Positions 39,728-50,067 are shown, numbered from the stretch's first letter. The stretch is DNA of 64,000 nucleotides from an uncultured Chloroflexia bacterium (GCA_963837425.1 CAWINH010000002.1:129500-193499); one strand, 5' to 3'. Notes: generated by a model not told the origin, from the sequence alone. Numbers and translations are program-made.

Positions 39728-40725
39728 GCACACCCGAAGTTGACGGGTCGGTGATCCGGGCCACGGCCCTCACGAAGCACTTCGGCGCCATCGAGGCGGT
39801 GAAGGGGATCGATCTCGAGGTGCACCGGGGCGAGATCTTCGGCTTCCTGGGGCCGAACGGGGCCGGCAAGACGACGACGATCAGCATGCTCTGCACCCTG
39901 CTGCAGCCGACAAGCGGGCAGGCCATGGTGGCCGGCTTCGACGTCGCGAGCCACCCGGGAGACGTGCGCTCGGCAATTGGTCTCGTCTTCCAGGACCCAT
40001 CGCTCGACGGGCAGCTGACGGCGAAGGAGAACCTCGAGTTCCACGCCTTCGTCTACTCGATCCCCTCGTCCGAGCGTGCCGGGCGCATCGCCGAGGTCCT
40101 CGAGATGGTCGACCTTTCGGATCGGGCGAAGTCGATCGTGATGACCTTCTCGGGAGGCATGCGGCGCCGGCTCGAGATCGCGCGCGGGATGATGCACACC
40201 CCGGAGATCCTGTTCCTGGATGAGCCGACGATCGGGCTCGATCCGCAGACCCGCCGGCACATCTGGGGCTACCTCCGCAAGCTTCGCGCCGAGCAGGGCG
40301 TCACCCTGTTCATGACGACCCACTACATGGACGAGGCGGAGGAGTGCGACCGGATCGCGATCATCGACCACGGCGAGATCGTGGCGCTCGGGACGCCGGA
40401 CGAGCTGAAGGGGATGGTCGGCGGCGACGTGGTGACGATCGCGACGTCCGACAACCCGACCGCCGCCGACGAGCTGCGCGGCACGTTCGAGTTGGAGCCG
40501 ACGGTCGACAACGGGACGATCCGGGTCGAGGTGTCCGACGGCGCCGGCTTCATCCCGCGCCTCGTGCGCGAGCTGAGCGTGCCGGTCACGTCCATCTCCT
40601 CCCACCGGCCGAGCCTCGACGACGTGTTCCTGAAGCTGACGGGGCACGCCATCCGCGATGAGGCGGCCGGATCAATGGATCGGATGCGAATGATGGGCAG
40701 AGTCTGGGGAGGCCGAGGACGGTGA
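39724..40725 (+). CDS. ABC transporter ATP-binding protein, DrrA-like.
   Basis: Walker A GPNGAGKTT, signature FSGGMRRR, Walker B LFLDEPT. Confidence 0.85.
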   Translation: MSTPEVDGSVIRATALTKHFGAIEAVKGIDLEVHRGEIFGFLGPNGAGKTTTISMLCTLLQPTSGQAMVAGFDVASHPGDVRSAIGLVFQDPSLDGQLTAKENLEFHAFVYSIPSSERAGRIAEVLEMVDLSDRAKSIVMTFSGGMRRRLEIARGMMHTPEILFLDEPTIGLDPQTRRHIWGYLRKLRAEQGVTLFMTTHYMDEAEECDRIAIIDHGEIVALGTPDELKGMVGGDVVTIATSDNPTAADELRGTFELEPTVDNGTIRVEVSDGAGFIPRLVRELSVPVTSISSHRPSLDDVFLKLTGHAIRDEAAGSMDRMRMMGRVWGGRGR

Positions 40726-41627
40726 GCACCGAAATGAGCACACAGGATACGACCGCGCTGACCGGTGCCCGTCCGGCATCGGCCCGACGCCGGGCGAGCG
40801 GTCTGGCCGGCACCCTGCGCGGGATCTACATCGTCTGGTACCGCGACATCCTCCGCTACTGGCGCGACCGGGTGCGGGCCATCGTTGGCCTGGCCCAACC
40901 CCTCCTCTTCCTCGTCGTCTTCGGCGCCGGGCTGGGGTCCTCGCTGGGCGGCTCGTTCGGCGGCGGCGCGGCCGGGGCGGGTGGATTGAGCTACGCCCAG
41001 TTCGTCTATCCCGGTGTCGTGGGCATGGCCGTCCTGTTCAGCGCGATCTTCGGCGCCATGTCCATCGTGTGGGACCGCGAGTTCGGCTTCCTCAAGGAGA
41101 TCCTGGTGGCGCCCATCGACCGGTCGGCGGTCGCCATTGGCAAGGCGCTGGGCGGCGCAACCCAGGCGATGTTCCAGGGCGTCGTGCTGCTCGTGCTGGC
41201 CCCGTTCGTGGGGGTCACGCTGAACGTCGGCTCGGTCCTGCTCCTCCTCCCGTTCCTCTTCATCCTGGCCTTCTCGCTGTCGGCCATGGGCGTTGCGATC
41301 GCGTCGCGGATGAAGTCGATGCAGGGCTTCCAGATCGTCATGAACTTCCTGATGATGCCGATGTTCTTCCTCTCCGGGTCGCTCTTCCCGCTGACGGGCG
41401 TGCCGAACTGGATGGCGGTCCTGGGGCGGTTGGACCCGGTCTCGTACGGGATGGATCCGCTGCGGCGGATCGTGCTGGGCGCGACGCTGCCGGCGCAGGC
41501 CGTGGACAAGCTGGGCCTCACGATCTTCGACCAGGTCCTGCCGATCGGGATCGAGGCGCTCATCCTCCTCGCGTTCGGGGCGGTGATGCTGACGATCGCG
41601 GTCGTGAACTTCCGCCGTCGGGACTGA
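40722..41627 (+). CDS. ABC-2 type transporter permease.
   Basis: Six TM helices. Overlaps the ATPase gene by 4 nt. Confidence 0.8.
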   Translation: MSTEMSTQDTTALTGARPASARRRASGLAGTLRGIYIVWYRDILRYWRDRVRAIVGLAQPLLFLVVFGAGLGSSLGGSFGGGAAGAGGLSYAQFVYPGVVGMAVLFSAIFGAMSIVWDREFGFLKEILVAPIDRSAVAIGKALGGATQAMFQGVVLLVLAPFVGVTLNVGSVLLLLPFLFILAFSLSAMGVAIASRMKSMQGFQIVMNFLMMPMFFLSGSLFPLTGVPNWMAVLGRLDPVSYGMDPLRRIVLGATLPAQAVDKLGLTIFDQVLPIGIEALILLAFGAVMLTIAVVNFRRRD

Positions 41628-41754
41628 GGGAGCGCCGGGGAGTCGGCTCGCGAGGTCGCAACCCGCGCCGCCACTTGTCGCCACGCGCCGTCGGGGAGTC
41701 TGGGGTCGCCCTGTCCCGTCCGACGGGGGTGGGTAGGCGTCCTGGATGAGCCGC

Positions 41755-42170
41755 GACCCGCCGACTCCTCAACCGCTCTGCAGCGGCGCGGTATCCGGCG
41801 CGGGCGGGCGTCACGACCCTCTGACTCCTCAACCGCTCGTCAGCGGCGCGGTATCCGGCTCGGGTGGCCGTCACGACCCTCTGACTCCTCAACCGCTCTT
41901 CTCCGGCACGCTATCCAGATCGGCGGCAGGTCGAGCCGGTCGCGGGTGATCACTGCACGCTCAGCTCGGCGGGCGATGCGTTGGGGAACTCCCCCGGGAG
42001 CTGGATAACGCTCCTCCAGAGAACGGATGACAAGTCGGCACGTCCGTAGGCGGGTGCTGCGGCCGATGCGACTTACGCGGCCGATGCGACTTACCGGGCC
42101 GATGCGACCGCGGCGCTGGTGCGCCGCCGCCCTAATGCTTATCCCGTTGCTTCAGCAAAGCGCAAGGCGT
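41755..42170. repeat. Composite repeat: about 2.5 tandem MITE-B 5-prime units (gactcctcaaccgctc...gtcacgaccct) plus a shared 3-prime segment. It is a near-identical copy of the repeat at 48515-48845.
   Basis: About 190 bp match the second copy with only two mismatches, and the flanking ccgatgcgac repeats are similar. Confidence 0.8.
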
Positions 42171-42479
42171 AGTGGTCGCCGATCTCCCGAAACCCGACCC
42201 CTCGCTTCGAGCACTTATCGCCGTGGGATCGCCTGCCCATTTGTGTCCGTGACGACGCGCGTGCCGAGGTCGGCGTCGAGGGAAACAGTCAGATCCCGAA
42301 GGGAGAGTTCGGCCGTGCCAGGCAGGGGAATCGGGCATGGCAGCGTCTCGATCTTGACCCGGACCTCGGCGGGCGTTTCGGCGACATTCGTGACTCGCGT
42401 CCAACTACACGGGGCTACGGCGACCTTCACCGCGATGGTGCGCTGGCTGACCGCCGCGTAGGAGTCCAGTTAGGGACCA

Positions 42480-43100
42480 CCACGGTCGAGTTCTGGGCGG
42501 CGAGGAGGATCGCCAGGACGACAAGGACGACCGCGAGCCAGACCTTCAGCGGAATGCGGCGCGGCCGTTTCGATTCCATTCGCGTCCCCTCTCTCGAAGT
42601 CATCGTGGTGCCGGCCGGATCGGAAACTGCCGCAGGTTGGTCGCCCCGCGAAGAACGGCCGGGGGCACGAGCGTCGCCGGTCTCGAGGCCCAGTAGCGTC
42701 GGAAAGGCGGCCTGCCGCCTCCGCGCCGGTTGTGCCGGAAGACGAACTCGTCGAGATAGGCTTGGAGTTGGGCGCGGCTTACGCCCTGATGGGTCCCGAG
42801 GAGCCACTGCTTGAGGTTCCCCCATCGCGCGGTCCGCGAGCGGGACGATATGGGGCATCCCCTTGCGAATGTTCCCCTGGACTGTGGGCTGATGGACGTA
42901 GCCGAGCGACGGCAGCGCCACGAAGCCCGACATCTTGTCAGCGTACATCGTGCTTCCGGCTCGATGTACCGTCGGGCGAAGTCGTTCATCGTGACTTGGC
43001 GGAGGTCGGGGATCACCTCCATCCGGGCCCTCTCCGTGCCACGCCCGCGACGCTCGACTACGACGATCACGAGTGCCGGCGCGGAGAGCGCGCGGCCGCA
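42480..43100 (-). pseudogene. IS1595-family (ISXO2-like) transposase C-terminal remnant, frameshifted.
   Basis: THQGVSRAQLQAYLDEFVFRHNRR is the conserved C-terminal motif. The upstream part is in another frame. There is no N-terminal DDE region and no terminal inverted repeats. Confidence 0.45.
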
Positions 43101-43134
43101 CGAGCTTTGATTTGGAGCCTGGGGAGCGCCACGC

Positions 43135-43986
43135 CTATCCGGTTGGCGTTGGCGTTGTGCTCGATTCCGGCGTTGGCGTTGGCGTTGGCGTTGCGCTCGA
43201 TTCCGGCGTCGGGGTTGGGGTTGGCGTTGGCGTTGCGCTCGCTTCCGGCGTCGGGGTTGGCGTTGGCGTTGGCGTTGCGCTCGATTCCGGCGTTGGCGTC
43301 GTGGTCCCGGTTGCCACAGGATCGGGAATAGGACTCGGGCTTGAGGCCGGGCTTGGAGACGTGCTCGGGCCTAATTGAGGGTCCGGGTTGGCCGTGGGAC
43401 TCGGCTCGGGGTGTGGCGTTGGGCTCGGGTCCTGCGGACGGAGTGGATTGGGCACCGTCAATGCGGCGGTGGCGCCGTCAACTGCATCACTCATGGATGC
43501 GGTCTCACAGCCGATGAACGTGTCATGCGCAGTGCCGTCGCATGCATCGGAGCCGGCTCCGCCATCGAGGAGATCCTTGCCGTTGCCGCCGGAGAGCGTG
43601 TCGTCACCTTCTCCGCCCAGCAGGACGTCCTTGCCGTTGCCGCCGGAGAGCGTGTCGTCACCTTCTCCGCCGACGAGGCAGTCCTTGCCGTTGCCGCCGG
43701 AGAGCGTGTCGTTGCCGCCGAGGCCGAAGATGAGCGCGCCGCCGTTGGCGCCGCTGATCGTGTCATCGCCTGGCGTCCCGACAATGATGTCGCTGAAGGT
43801 CATGCCCGCGCATTCGGTGGGCGTGGAGGGAGGCGGCGCGGCGACGTGGAGGGTGAACACCTGCAGGGGGGACGCGCTGATGACCAATGAGGCTGCCGAC
43901 GCCGTGACTGCGACGATCAGCGTGGCAAGGCCGAGCACGCTCGCCACAAACCAACGCAGGGTGCGACGATCCAAGCCGCGCCTCAC
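43135..43986 (-). CDS. Secreted RTX-type calcium-binding repeat protein with a Thr/Pro-rich tail.
   Basis: Four GGNGKDxLxGGEGDDTLSG nonapeptide-type repeats and a (TPTP)n C-terminus. Confidence 0.7.
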   Translation of the reverse strand: MRRGLDRRTLRWFVASVLGLATLIVAVTASAASLVISASPLQVFTLHVAAPPPSTPTECAGMTFSDIIVGTPGDDTISGANGGALIFGLGGNDTLSGGNGKDCLVGGEGDDTLSGGNGKDVLLGGEGDDTLSGGNGKDLLDGGAGSDACDGTAHDTFIGCETASMSDAVDGATAALTVPNPLRPQDPSPTPHPEPSPTANPDPQLGPSTSPSPASSPSPIPDPVATGTTTPTPESSATPTPTPTPTPEASATPTPTPTPTPESSATPTPTPTPESSTTPTPTG

Positions 43987-44747
43987 TGCTTCGCGACCTC
44001 ACCTCGCTGGCCGGTTGAGGCATGCCGCGCGGCAATGCCGTTGGGCTTGCGTCCCGCGCGTGACCTGCCCGCCTTGGGCGGTCCCCCACCAAGCACCCAG
44101 ATCCCGGCGATGCCGCCGAGGAGCAACGCAAGGGCCATGGGTTGTCGGAGGATCAGGAGCAGGCGACCGCTGCCCGGCAGTTCCACCCAGCTCCTCCCGA
44201 GGATGCCCGCCTGGCCCGGGCGCCACGGATCGGGGCCGCTGTTGTTATCGCCTTGCATGATGAATCCGTTTTGTGCGTCACCGCCGACGATGCGGTGGAT
44301 CACCACGGCTCCCGCCGACGGCTGCCCCTCAGGAACGCGATATGCAACCACGTCGCCTACCTGGTAACTATCCAATTGTCGAACGACGACGAGGTCCCCG
44401 GTGTGGAGGTTCGGCTCCATGCTGACGCCGGAGACGACGAGATACGACGCTGGACCGCCGAGCGCCATCGGTCGCAGGAAAAAGAACCAGGCGACGAGGA
44501 GCGAGGCCCCGGAGATGAGGAGTGCCGTCCGCAATGTCCGTCCGAGGCCGGATTGACGTCCGACGGCCACGCGCGGTGCGAGAACGCGTTGCCGGCCCAG
44601 CGCGCTCGACATCATTCGACGTGTGGCTTCGCTCGTCAGACGCCCGTCGCCCGGTCGTCCGCTGTCGAAGTCGAGACCGCACATTCGGCAGAAGCGGAAC
44701 GAACCGATGCGGGCCTCACCGCAGTCTCTACAGAACAAGTCCGGCAT
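43983..44747 (-). CDS. Signal peptidase I, SipW-like (S26 family), with an N-terminal zinc-ribbon.
   Basis: SGVSMEPNLHTGDLVVV peptidase motif, and CRDCGE...CRMCG. Overlaps the downstream RTX gene by 4 nt. Confidence 0.7.
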   Translation of the reverse strand: MPDLFCRDCGEARIGSFRFCRMCGLDFDSGRPGDGRLTSEATRRMMSSALGRQRVLAPRVAVGRQSGLGRTLRTALLISGASLLVAWFFFLRPMALGGPASYLVVSGVSMEPNLHTGDLVVVRQLDSYQVGDVVAYRVPEGQPSAGAVVIHRIVGGDAQNGFIMQGDNNSGPDPWRPGQAGILGRSWVELPGSGRLLLILRQPMALALLLGGIAGIWVLGGGPPKAGRSRAGRKPNGIAARHASTGQRGEVAKQ

Positions 44748-44843
44748 GTCGCGCCTTGGGTGCGTCGGGATGACCCGTTGGCAAAACGGGTGGGACCCGC
44801 GGCCCTGTCCGGACGCGAACAGAGCCACGGGCATAGTCGGGGA

Positions 44844-45404
44844 CTAGACGCCGATCACGATACGGACGCCCGCGATGATCTCGCCCGGCACTCCACATGG
44901 GTAGGTGGGGCTCGTGAGCTGGTCATCTGCCGGATGCACGTAGCCAAGCGCGACCTTGGCTGTCGGCGAGCCGATCGGGTAGGGGGTCACGCTGATGGGC
45001 GTGCCGGGGGCTCCGCAATCGACCGAGGGCGAATGGTTAGCGCCCACGATGTGGCCCGCAGCATTCAGTGCATAGAAGTAGAGGTTCTGGCCATCGCATG
45101 TCGGGTCGATGTTGGAGACCTGGGCCGACGTCACCGTCCCGGTGTAGTCGGCGTTCCAGACTACCGTGAGCGGAGTGGTCTGGCAGTTGGTCAGTGACAC
45201 GGCGCCGACCTGGATGGTGCCCGGGTCATCGATCGGCAGGGTGGACGCCGACGCCAAGACGGCGCCGAAGACCATCGTGCCCACCACAGTCGCCAAGAAG
45301 AGCCTTCTCACGTTGTTCCTCCTTTGGGCCAGGGCGCCGGGCTTGATGCCGGGGTGAGCGCATGAGGACATCTGGGCCAGCAGCCTCCCCTCGATCCATA
45401 ACTT
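44844..45404 (-). CDS. Exported protein with a SipW-cognate-type signal peptide (TasA/camelysin-like class).
   Basis: RRLFLATVVGTMVFGAVLASASTL, then a beta-rich domain. It lies immediately upstream of the sipW-like gene. The start codon is uncertain. Confidence 0.5.
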   Translation of the reverse strand, partial: KLWIEGRLLAQMSSCAHPGIKPGALAQRRNNVRRLFLATVVGTMVFGAVLASASTLPIDDPGTIQVGAVSLTNCQTTPLTVVWNADYTGTVTSAQVSNIDPTCDGQNLYFYALNAAGHIVGANHSPSVDCGAPGTPISVTPYPIGSPTAKVALGYVHPADDQLTSPTYPCGVPGEIIAGVRIVIGV

Positions 45405-45615
45405 CACGTTTGCGATGACGAGTTCGTGCTCTCCCCAGCTGACCAACCTAGGGGTCGCTCCCGCGCGGGCCATCCGGGATTCCACGGAATCAGCTACGGG
45501 TTCGGGCCTCAGTACGCGTGTTGTGAGATCTGGCGGGCGCACGGAGACGGGAACCAGTGCCGTGATCCGTACTTCCCCTGATGCCGCTCCTGGCGGCTCC
45601 CCCTACCCTCGCCGC

Positions 45616-46080
45616 ATGGAGCGCTTGCACCCTCGCGACAGCGGGGCCGATGCCCAGGTTTCTGGGGACGTGCCGGCAGGCCCGGCGGCCGATGAGGCGG
45701 CGGCGCGGGAGGCCCGCGAGCGCTATCGCAACGGACCGATGCCCGCTGTCCGAGCCGATCCGGAGATCGCAGCACTGCTGCAGCCCGGCGAGGCGGTTGT
45801 CGCGGTGCACCCGTCGGTCGTTCTCGAGCGCCGGACGCCGAAGCCGGAGTCCGCCGCTCCGCGCGGCCCTGCGGGCGAGCTCCACGTGACCTCGCGGCGT
45901 CTGCTGCTGATCGGCCGGGATCGCCTCTCTATCGACCTCGAGGAGATTCTCGAGGTGGGCCTGTCGGGAGAATGGCTTCTCCTGGTCCTGCGCGAGGGTC
46001 GCGGTGTCGCTCTGCGCGCGGCGCAGCCGCGTCTGCTCAGGGTCGAGATCGCCGCGGCGCGGGCTGCCGCCAGGGCCTGA
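45616..46080 (+). CDS. Hypothetical protein.
   Basis: ORF starting MERLHPRDSG. No motif recognised. Confidence 0.35.
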   Translation: MERLHPRDSGADAQVSGDVPAGPAADEAAAREARERYRNGPMPAVRADPEIAALLQPGEAVVAVHPSVVLERRTPKPESAAPRGPAGELHVTSRRLLLIGRDRLSIDLEEILEVGLSGEWLLLVLREGRGVALRAAQPRLLRVEIAAARAAARA

Positions 46081-46086
46081 TCGCGG

Positions 46087-46746
46087 TCAGCCGGGCTCCC
46101 GGTAGCGTCCCGCCGCCTCTGCCCGGTTCCGAGCGTCAAGCTTGTGCAGGATGCTGCTCACGTGCGTCTCCACCGTACGGGGCGAGATCGTGAGCGATGC
46201 GGAGATCTGACGGTCCGTGAGACCTTCCGCCAACAGGCGCAGGACCTGCATCTCGCGCATGGTCAAGCGTGCCAGCGCAGGGTCGTCCGTCGTGGCTGTA
46301 CGTCGCGAGGTCTCGACCAGGCGGTGGACAACGCGCGCGGCGATCCCACGAGGCATGGCCAGCTCACCGGCGGACGCGCTTCGCACCGCACGCTGCAGCG
46401 CATCGGGCGAGAGGTCCTTCGTCAGGTACCCGCTCGCTCCGTAGCGAAGCGCTTCGATGACATGACGATCCGCCCTCGAGACGGTGAGCATGACGATCCG
46501 CGCATCCGGAAGCCGGGGTGCCAGCTCATGCACGAGGCTCACGCCGTCCATCCCCGGTAGGTCAATATCGATGAGGAGCAGGTCGGGTCGTACCACCGGC
46601 GCGAGGGAAAGGGCCTCCTCCGCGGTTCCGACCTCGGCGACCACCTCGAGGTCCACTGCGGAAAGGGCTTGACGGACCGCTGCGCGCACCAGGGCGTGGT
46701 CGTCGACGACCATGACACGGATGTAACCGGGGGCGACGGCGCGCAT
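46087..46746 (-). CDS. Two-component response regulator, NarL/LuxR family.
   Basis: Receiver domain (VMVVDDHALVR...DLLLIDIDLPGMDG) plus LuxR HTH (LTMREMQVLRLLAEGLTDRQIS). Confidence 0.85.
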   Translation of the reverse strand: MRAVAPGYIRVMVVDDHALVRAAVRQALSAVDLEVVAEVGTAEEALSLAPVVRPDLLLIDIDLPGMDGVSLVHELAPRLPDARIVMLTVSRADRHVIEALRYGASGYLTKDLSPDALQRAVRSASAGELAMPRGIAARVVHRLVETSRRTATTDDPALARLTMREMQVLRLLAEGLTDRQISASLTISPRTVETHVSSILHKLDARNRAEAAGRYREPG

Positions 46747-46748
46747 GG

Positions 46749-48233
46749 CTACCCCGACGCCCCTGGCGCCGGCGCCGCATGTGGCACCGGGAGAAGGACG
46801 CGGATTCGCGTGCCGTCATGCGGGTGCGAATCTATGCGGAGCTCTGCGCCGATGATCGCCGCCCGCTCCCTCATGCTGGAGAGGCCGTAGGCATCCTCAC
46901 CGAGCTGTTCGGGATCGAACCCGCGCCCGTTGTCTCCCACCGTGAGCTCGAGATGGCCATTCTCGATGGCGGCATGGACCCGGACGAAGGTCGCGTCCGC
47001 GTGTCGGCGAACGTTACTCAGTGCCTCCTGGGCAATCCGCACGAGTTCGGCTTCTGCCCGAGCAGTAAGGCCCGAGGCACCGTTGGGGCAATCGATCTCG
47101 GCTCGCAGGCCGAATCGATCGGCGAAGTCATCGACATACCGAGCGATCACGTCCCAGAACGGGCCTGCCGGCTGGCCGGCGATCCGCAGCGCCGTGACGG
47201 CCTGCTGCGCCTCTGCCAACCCGGCATCGATGGCGTCCCCCAGCTCGCCGACCAGCGCAGCGGCATCCGGCCCGAACCCCGCAAGGCCCGCCAGTCGGCC
47301 GGCCTTCAGCTTCGCCAGCCAGAGATTCTGCGCCAGACCATCGTGCAGTTCGCGGGCGAGATGGGCACGCTCCTCCAGGGTGGCCCGCTCGGCATCGAGC
47401 GCTCGGAGGCGTCTAAGGTCGAGATTGGCGGTCCGCAGGCCTGCGAGTGCCACGCCGACCTCGGTCTCGACGCCGACGAAGAGGCAGAGGTCGAACACGA
47501 GCCAGAGGAAGTTGGCGGTGGTCACCAGCCCGGTCTCGGTGTGTGGGGAGACGGCCACGTAGGCCTGGGCGAAGGCACCGAAGACGAGGCCCAGCGCCAG
47601 CCAGGCATGGCCCAGCGACCCGTATCGGCGGTAGAGACGGCGCGAGAGGGCCGCGGCCCACAGGAGCAGAGCCGCCACGGAAACCTGCAGGGCGGCGCCG
47701 AGGAGCGTCGAGCTCTGCACAGAGCCAGGGCCTGCCTTCGAGGCGAGCTGGGGGAGGGATCCGGCGTGTGCCGCCACGTACGCGATCACAACCAGGGCCA
47801 CGGCTGGCGCGACCACGACCAGCCATGGGCGCCCCGGACGGAGACCCCGCAGTGAGGCGAAGCCGCCGACCACGAGGAGGATCGCGGCCATGAGTCGCGA
47901 CGCCGTGAAGACGTAGAGGTTGGCTTGCCCGAGCTCGCCCAGCGGCAAGCCGGCCGACGCGTCGAGGCCGCTCAGGATCGAGGCCACGTATTGGCCATCG
48001 CTCGTGGCCAGGACGAGGAACGCTGCCGCCTCGAAGAGGGCGAGTGGTGCGGCCAGCTGGCGGTAACGGACCCAGCCCAGGACCGCAACCGAGATGGCGA
48101 CGAGCGTCGCGAGGGTCTCGAGAACAAGGTCAAGACCCGGGGCGGAGATGCGGATGTTGACGCCAGGAGCGACGAGACCCGCCGCAAGCCCCGCAGACAA
48201 GGCAGCGGCCGCCACGACCATGACGGCATCCAC
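46749..48233 (-). CDS. Sensor histidine kinase (HisKA_3, NarX/LiaS-like) with a polytopic N-terminus.
   Basis: H-box ARELHDGLAQNL, HATPase C-terminus, and a 3-nt gap to the response regulator gene. Confidence 0.8.
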   Translation of the reverse strand: MDAVMVVAAAALSAGLAAGLVAPGVNIRISAPGLDLVLETLATLVAISVAVLGWVRYRQLAAPLALFEAAAFLVLATSDGQYVASILSGLDASAGLPLGELGQANLYVFTASRLMAAILLVVGGFASLRGLRPGRPWLVVVAPAVALVVIAYVAAHAGSLPQLASKAGPGSVQSSTLLGAALQVSVAALLLWAAALSRRLYRRYGSLGHAWLALGLVFGAFAQAYVAVSPHTETGLVTTANFLWLVFDLCLFVGVETEVGVALAGLRTANLDLRRLRALDAERATLEERAHLARELHDGLAQNLWLAKLKAGRLAGLAGFGPDAAALVGELGDAIDAGLAEAQQAVTALRIAGQPAGPFWDVIARYVDDFADRFGLRAEIDCPNGASGLTARAEAELVRIAQEALSNVRRHADATFVRVHAAIENGHLELTVGDNGRGFDPEQLGEDAYGLSSMRERAAIIGAELRIDSHPHDGTRIRVLLPVPHAAPAPGASG

Positions 48234-48514
48234 CGATGTCGACCGGTTGGCAACCAGGGAACGCTCTCGCGGAATCTCCGAGATCGGATGCCCTCCCCAT
48301 GCATCGATCCGACGAATGGCTTATCGCTCGGATCGAGATGCGTTGTCAATAGGCAACACCCGCTCGGCCCTGCAAGACATCGATTCTCGGCCCAGGCATA
48401 GGGCGCCGACATACGCGCGATGAAGGCCGCGGTCCGCCCTGAATGCCCAGAATCGCCCGGAGACTATCGGGGTAGCAAGGTCCGCTGCCGGTGTCCTCCG
48501 TATGCCGTTGCCCT

Positions 48515-48845
48515 CCGTCGACTCCTCAACCGCTCGTCAGCGGCGCGGTATCCGGCGCGGGTGGGCGTCACGACCCTCTGACTCCTCAACCGCTCTTCTC
48601 CGGCACGCTATCCAGATCGGCGGCAGGTCGAGCCGGTCGCGGGTGATCACTGCACGCTCAGCTCGGCGGGCGATGCGTTGGGGAACTACCCCGGGAGCTG
48701 GATAACGCTCCTCCAGAGAGCGGATGACAAGTCGGCACGTCCGAACACGGGCCACACGGCCGATGTGCCGATGCGGGTCACACGGCCGATGCGGCCGATG
48801 CGACCGATGCGCTGGCGCGCCGCCGCCCTACGTCCACATGAGCCC
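48515..48845. repeat. Composite repeat, the second copy of 41755-42170, in direct orientation.
   Basis: See 41755-42170. Here there are about 1.5 tandem 5-prime units. Confidence 0.8.
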
Positions 48846-49997
48846 GTACGGATGCGGCGAGCTGATCCGTCGCTCTCCATGGAAGCGGTCGAAGCCGAAG
48901 ACCGCGAGCTCCGGCGCTGCATCGGGCCCATCGAGCAGCATCCGCGCCAGCGACTCGCCGACCGCGGGGGCGGTCTTGAAGCCGGTCCCACTGAATCCGC
49001 AGTCGAGCCACAGGCCCTCCGGCCCGTACGGTGCGGCAGGGCCGATGATCGGATGCTGGTCGGGCGTGATCCCGTCGACGCCGTAGTGCGAGCTCTGCAA
49101 CCCGCCCTCCGCGAGCCGCGGCAGCCGCTGGGTCACCCGATCCACGGCCCGCTCGGTGAAGTCCGGCGACCCGTGATGGACCTCGTCCGGCGTGTCGAGC
49201 ACCGGGTTCCCGTCCTCGAGCCCGACGAGCACGAGGTGGGCACCCTCGGGCCGCACGTACATCGCCCGGCCGAAATCGATGAAACCGGGGAACGAGCCGA
49301 ACCCCGCCGGCCGCGCCACGAAACACGTGTCGTGGACCCAGGCCCGGATTGGCAGCTGTAAGCCGATCTCCGCGGCGAGCTGGCCCGACCACGCCCCGGC
49401 GGCGAGGACCACGGTCTCGGCGCGGATCTCGCGCTCCGCGCTGCGCACCCCGACGACCCGGTCGCCCTCGAGCAGGATGGTCGTCGCCCGCTCGGCCGCG
49501 CGGACGGTTGCGCCGTGGTCGCGTGCCGCGGCGATCAACGAGGCGGCGGCGGTCGAGGGGTCCGCGTAGCCGGACTCCGGCTCGTACGCGGCGAGCTCGA
49601 CGTCGTCGACCATCATCTCCGGCGTCAGCCGCGCGATGTCATCTGGCCCGATGAGGATCGTCGGTATCCCGAGGCCCTGCTGCATCTCGACGTTGGCGCG
49701 CAGCTGCGGCGTCAGCTTGGGGGGCACGAGCTGGAGGAAGCCGGTGCGGGTGAAGCCGCAGTGACCGCCGACGGCATCGGCCCAGTCGCGGAAGTAGGCG
49801 AACGAGCGCCAGGCGAGCGACGCGTTCTCGGGCAGGTCGTAGTGCATTCGCACCAGGCCTGACGAGCGACCGGTGGCGTTCGTCACGTCGGAGCGGTTGA
49901 GGACGACGGGCTGCCTGCCCGCGCGGGCCAGGTGAAAGGCGAGGCTGGCGCCCTGGACACCGGCGCCCACCACGATGATGTCGGCGGTCTCAGTCAT
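48828..49997 (-). CDS. FAD-dependent oxidoreductase (DAO family, sarcosine/glycine-oxidase-like).
   Basis: ADIIVVGAGVQGASLAFHLA is a Rossmann GxGxxG motif. About 389 aa from the ATG at 49997. Confidence 0.8.
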   Translation of the reverse strand: MTETADIIVVGAGVQGASLAFHLARAGRQPVVLNRSDVTNATGRSSGLVRMHYDLPENASLAWRSFAYFRDWADAVGGHCGFTRTGFLQLVPPKLTPQLRANVEMQQGLGIPTILIGPDDIARLTPEMMVDDVELAAYEPESGYADPSTAAASLIAAARDHGATVRAAERATTILLEGDRVVGVRSAEREIRAETVVLAAGAWSGQLAAEIGLQLPIRAWVHDTCFVARPAGFGSFPGFIDFGRAMYVRPEGAHLVLVGLEDGNPVLDTPDEVHHGSPDFTERAVDRVTQRLPRLAEGGLQSSHYGVDGITPDQHPIIGPAAPYGPEGLWLDCGFSGTGFKTAPAVGESLARMLLDGPDAAPELAVFGFDRFHGERRISSPHPYGLMWT

Positions 49998-50067
49998 TCG
50001 CGCATGGTGACAGGTCGGCCAATGGCCCCGGACCTGCCAACCGGCTCCTTCGGGTAGGCTGGCGCAA

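Noticed and set aside
42215-42430. A 71-aa ORF next to the IS remnant, as a possible small IS-associated gene.
   Set aside because: It matches no recognisable motif. It lies in degenerate sequence between the repeat and the transposase fragment, so the support is too weak to call.
43073-43378. ORF encoding (GV)n repeats.
   Set aside because: It is antisense to the (TP)n-coding ccaacgcc repeats of the RTX protein gene on the minus strand.
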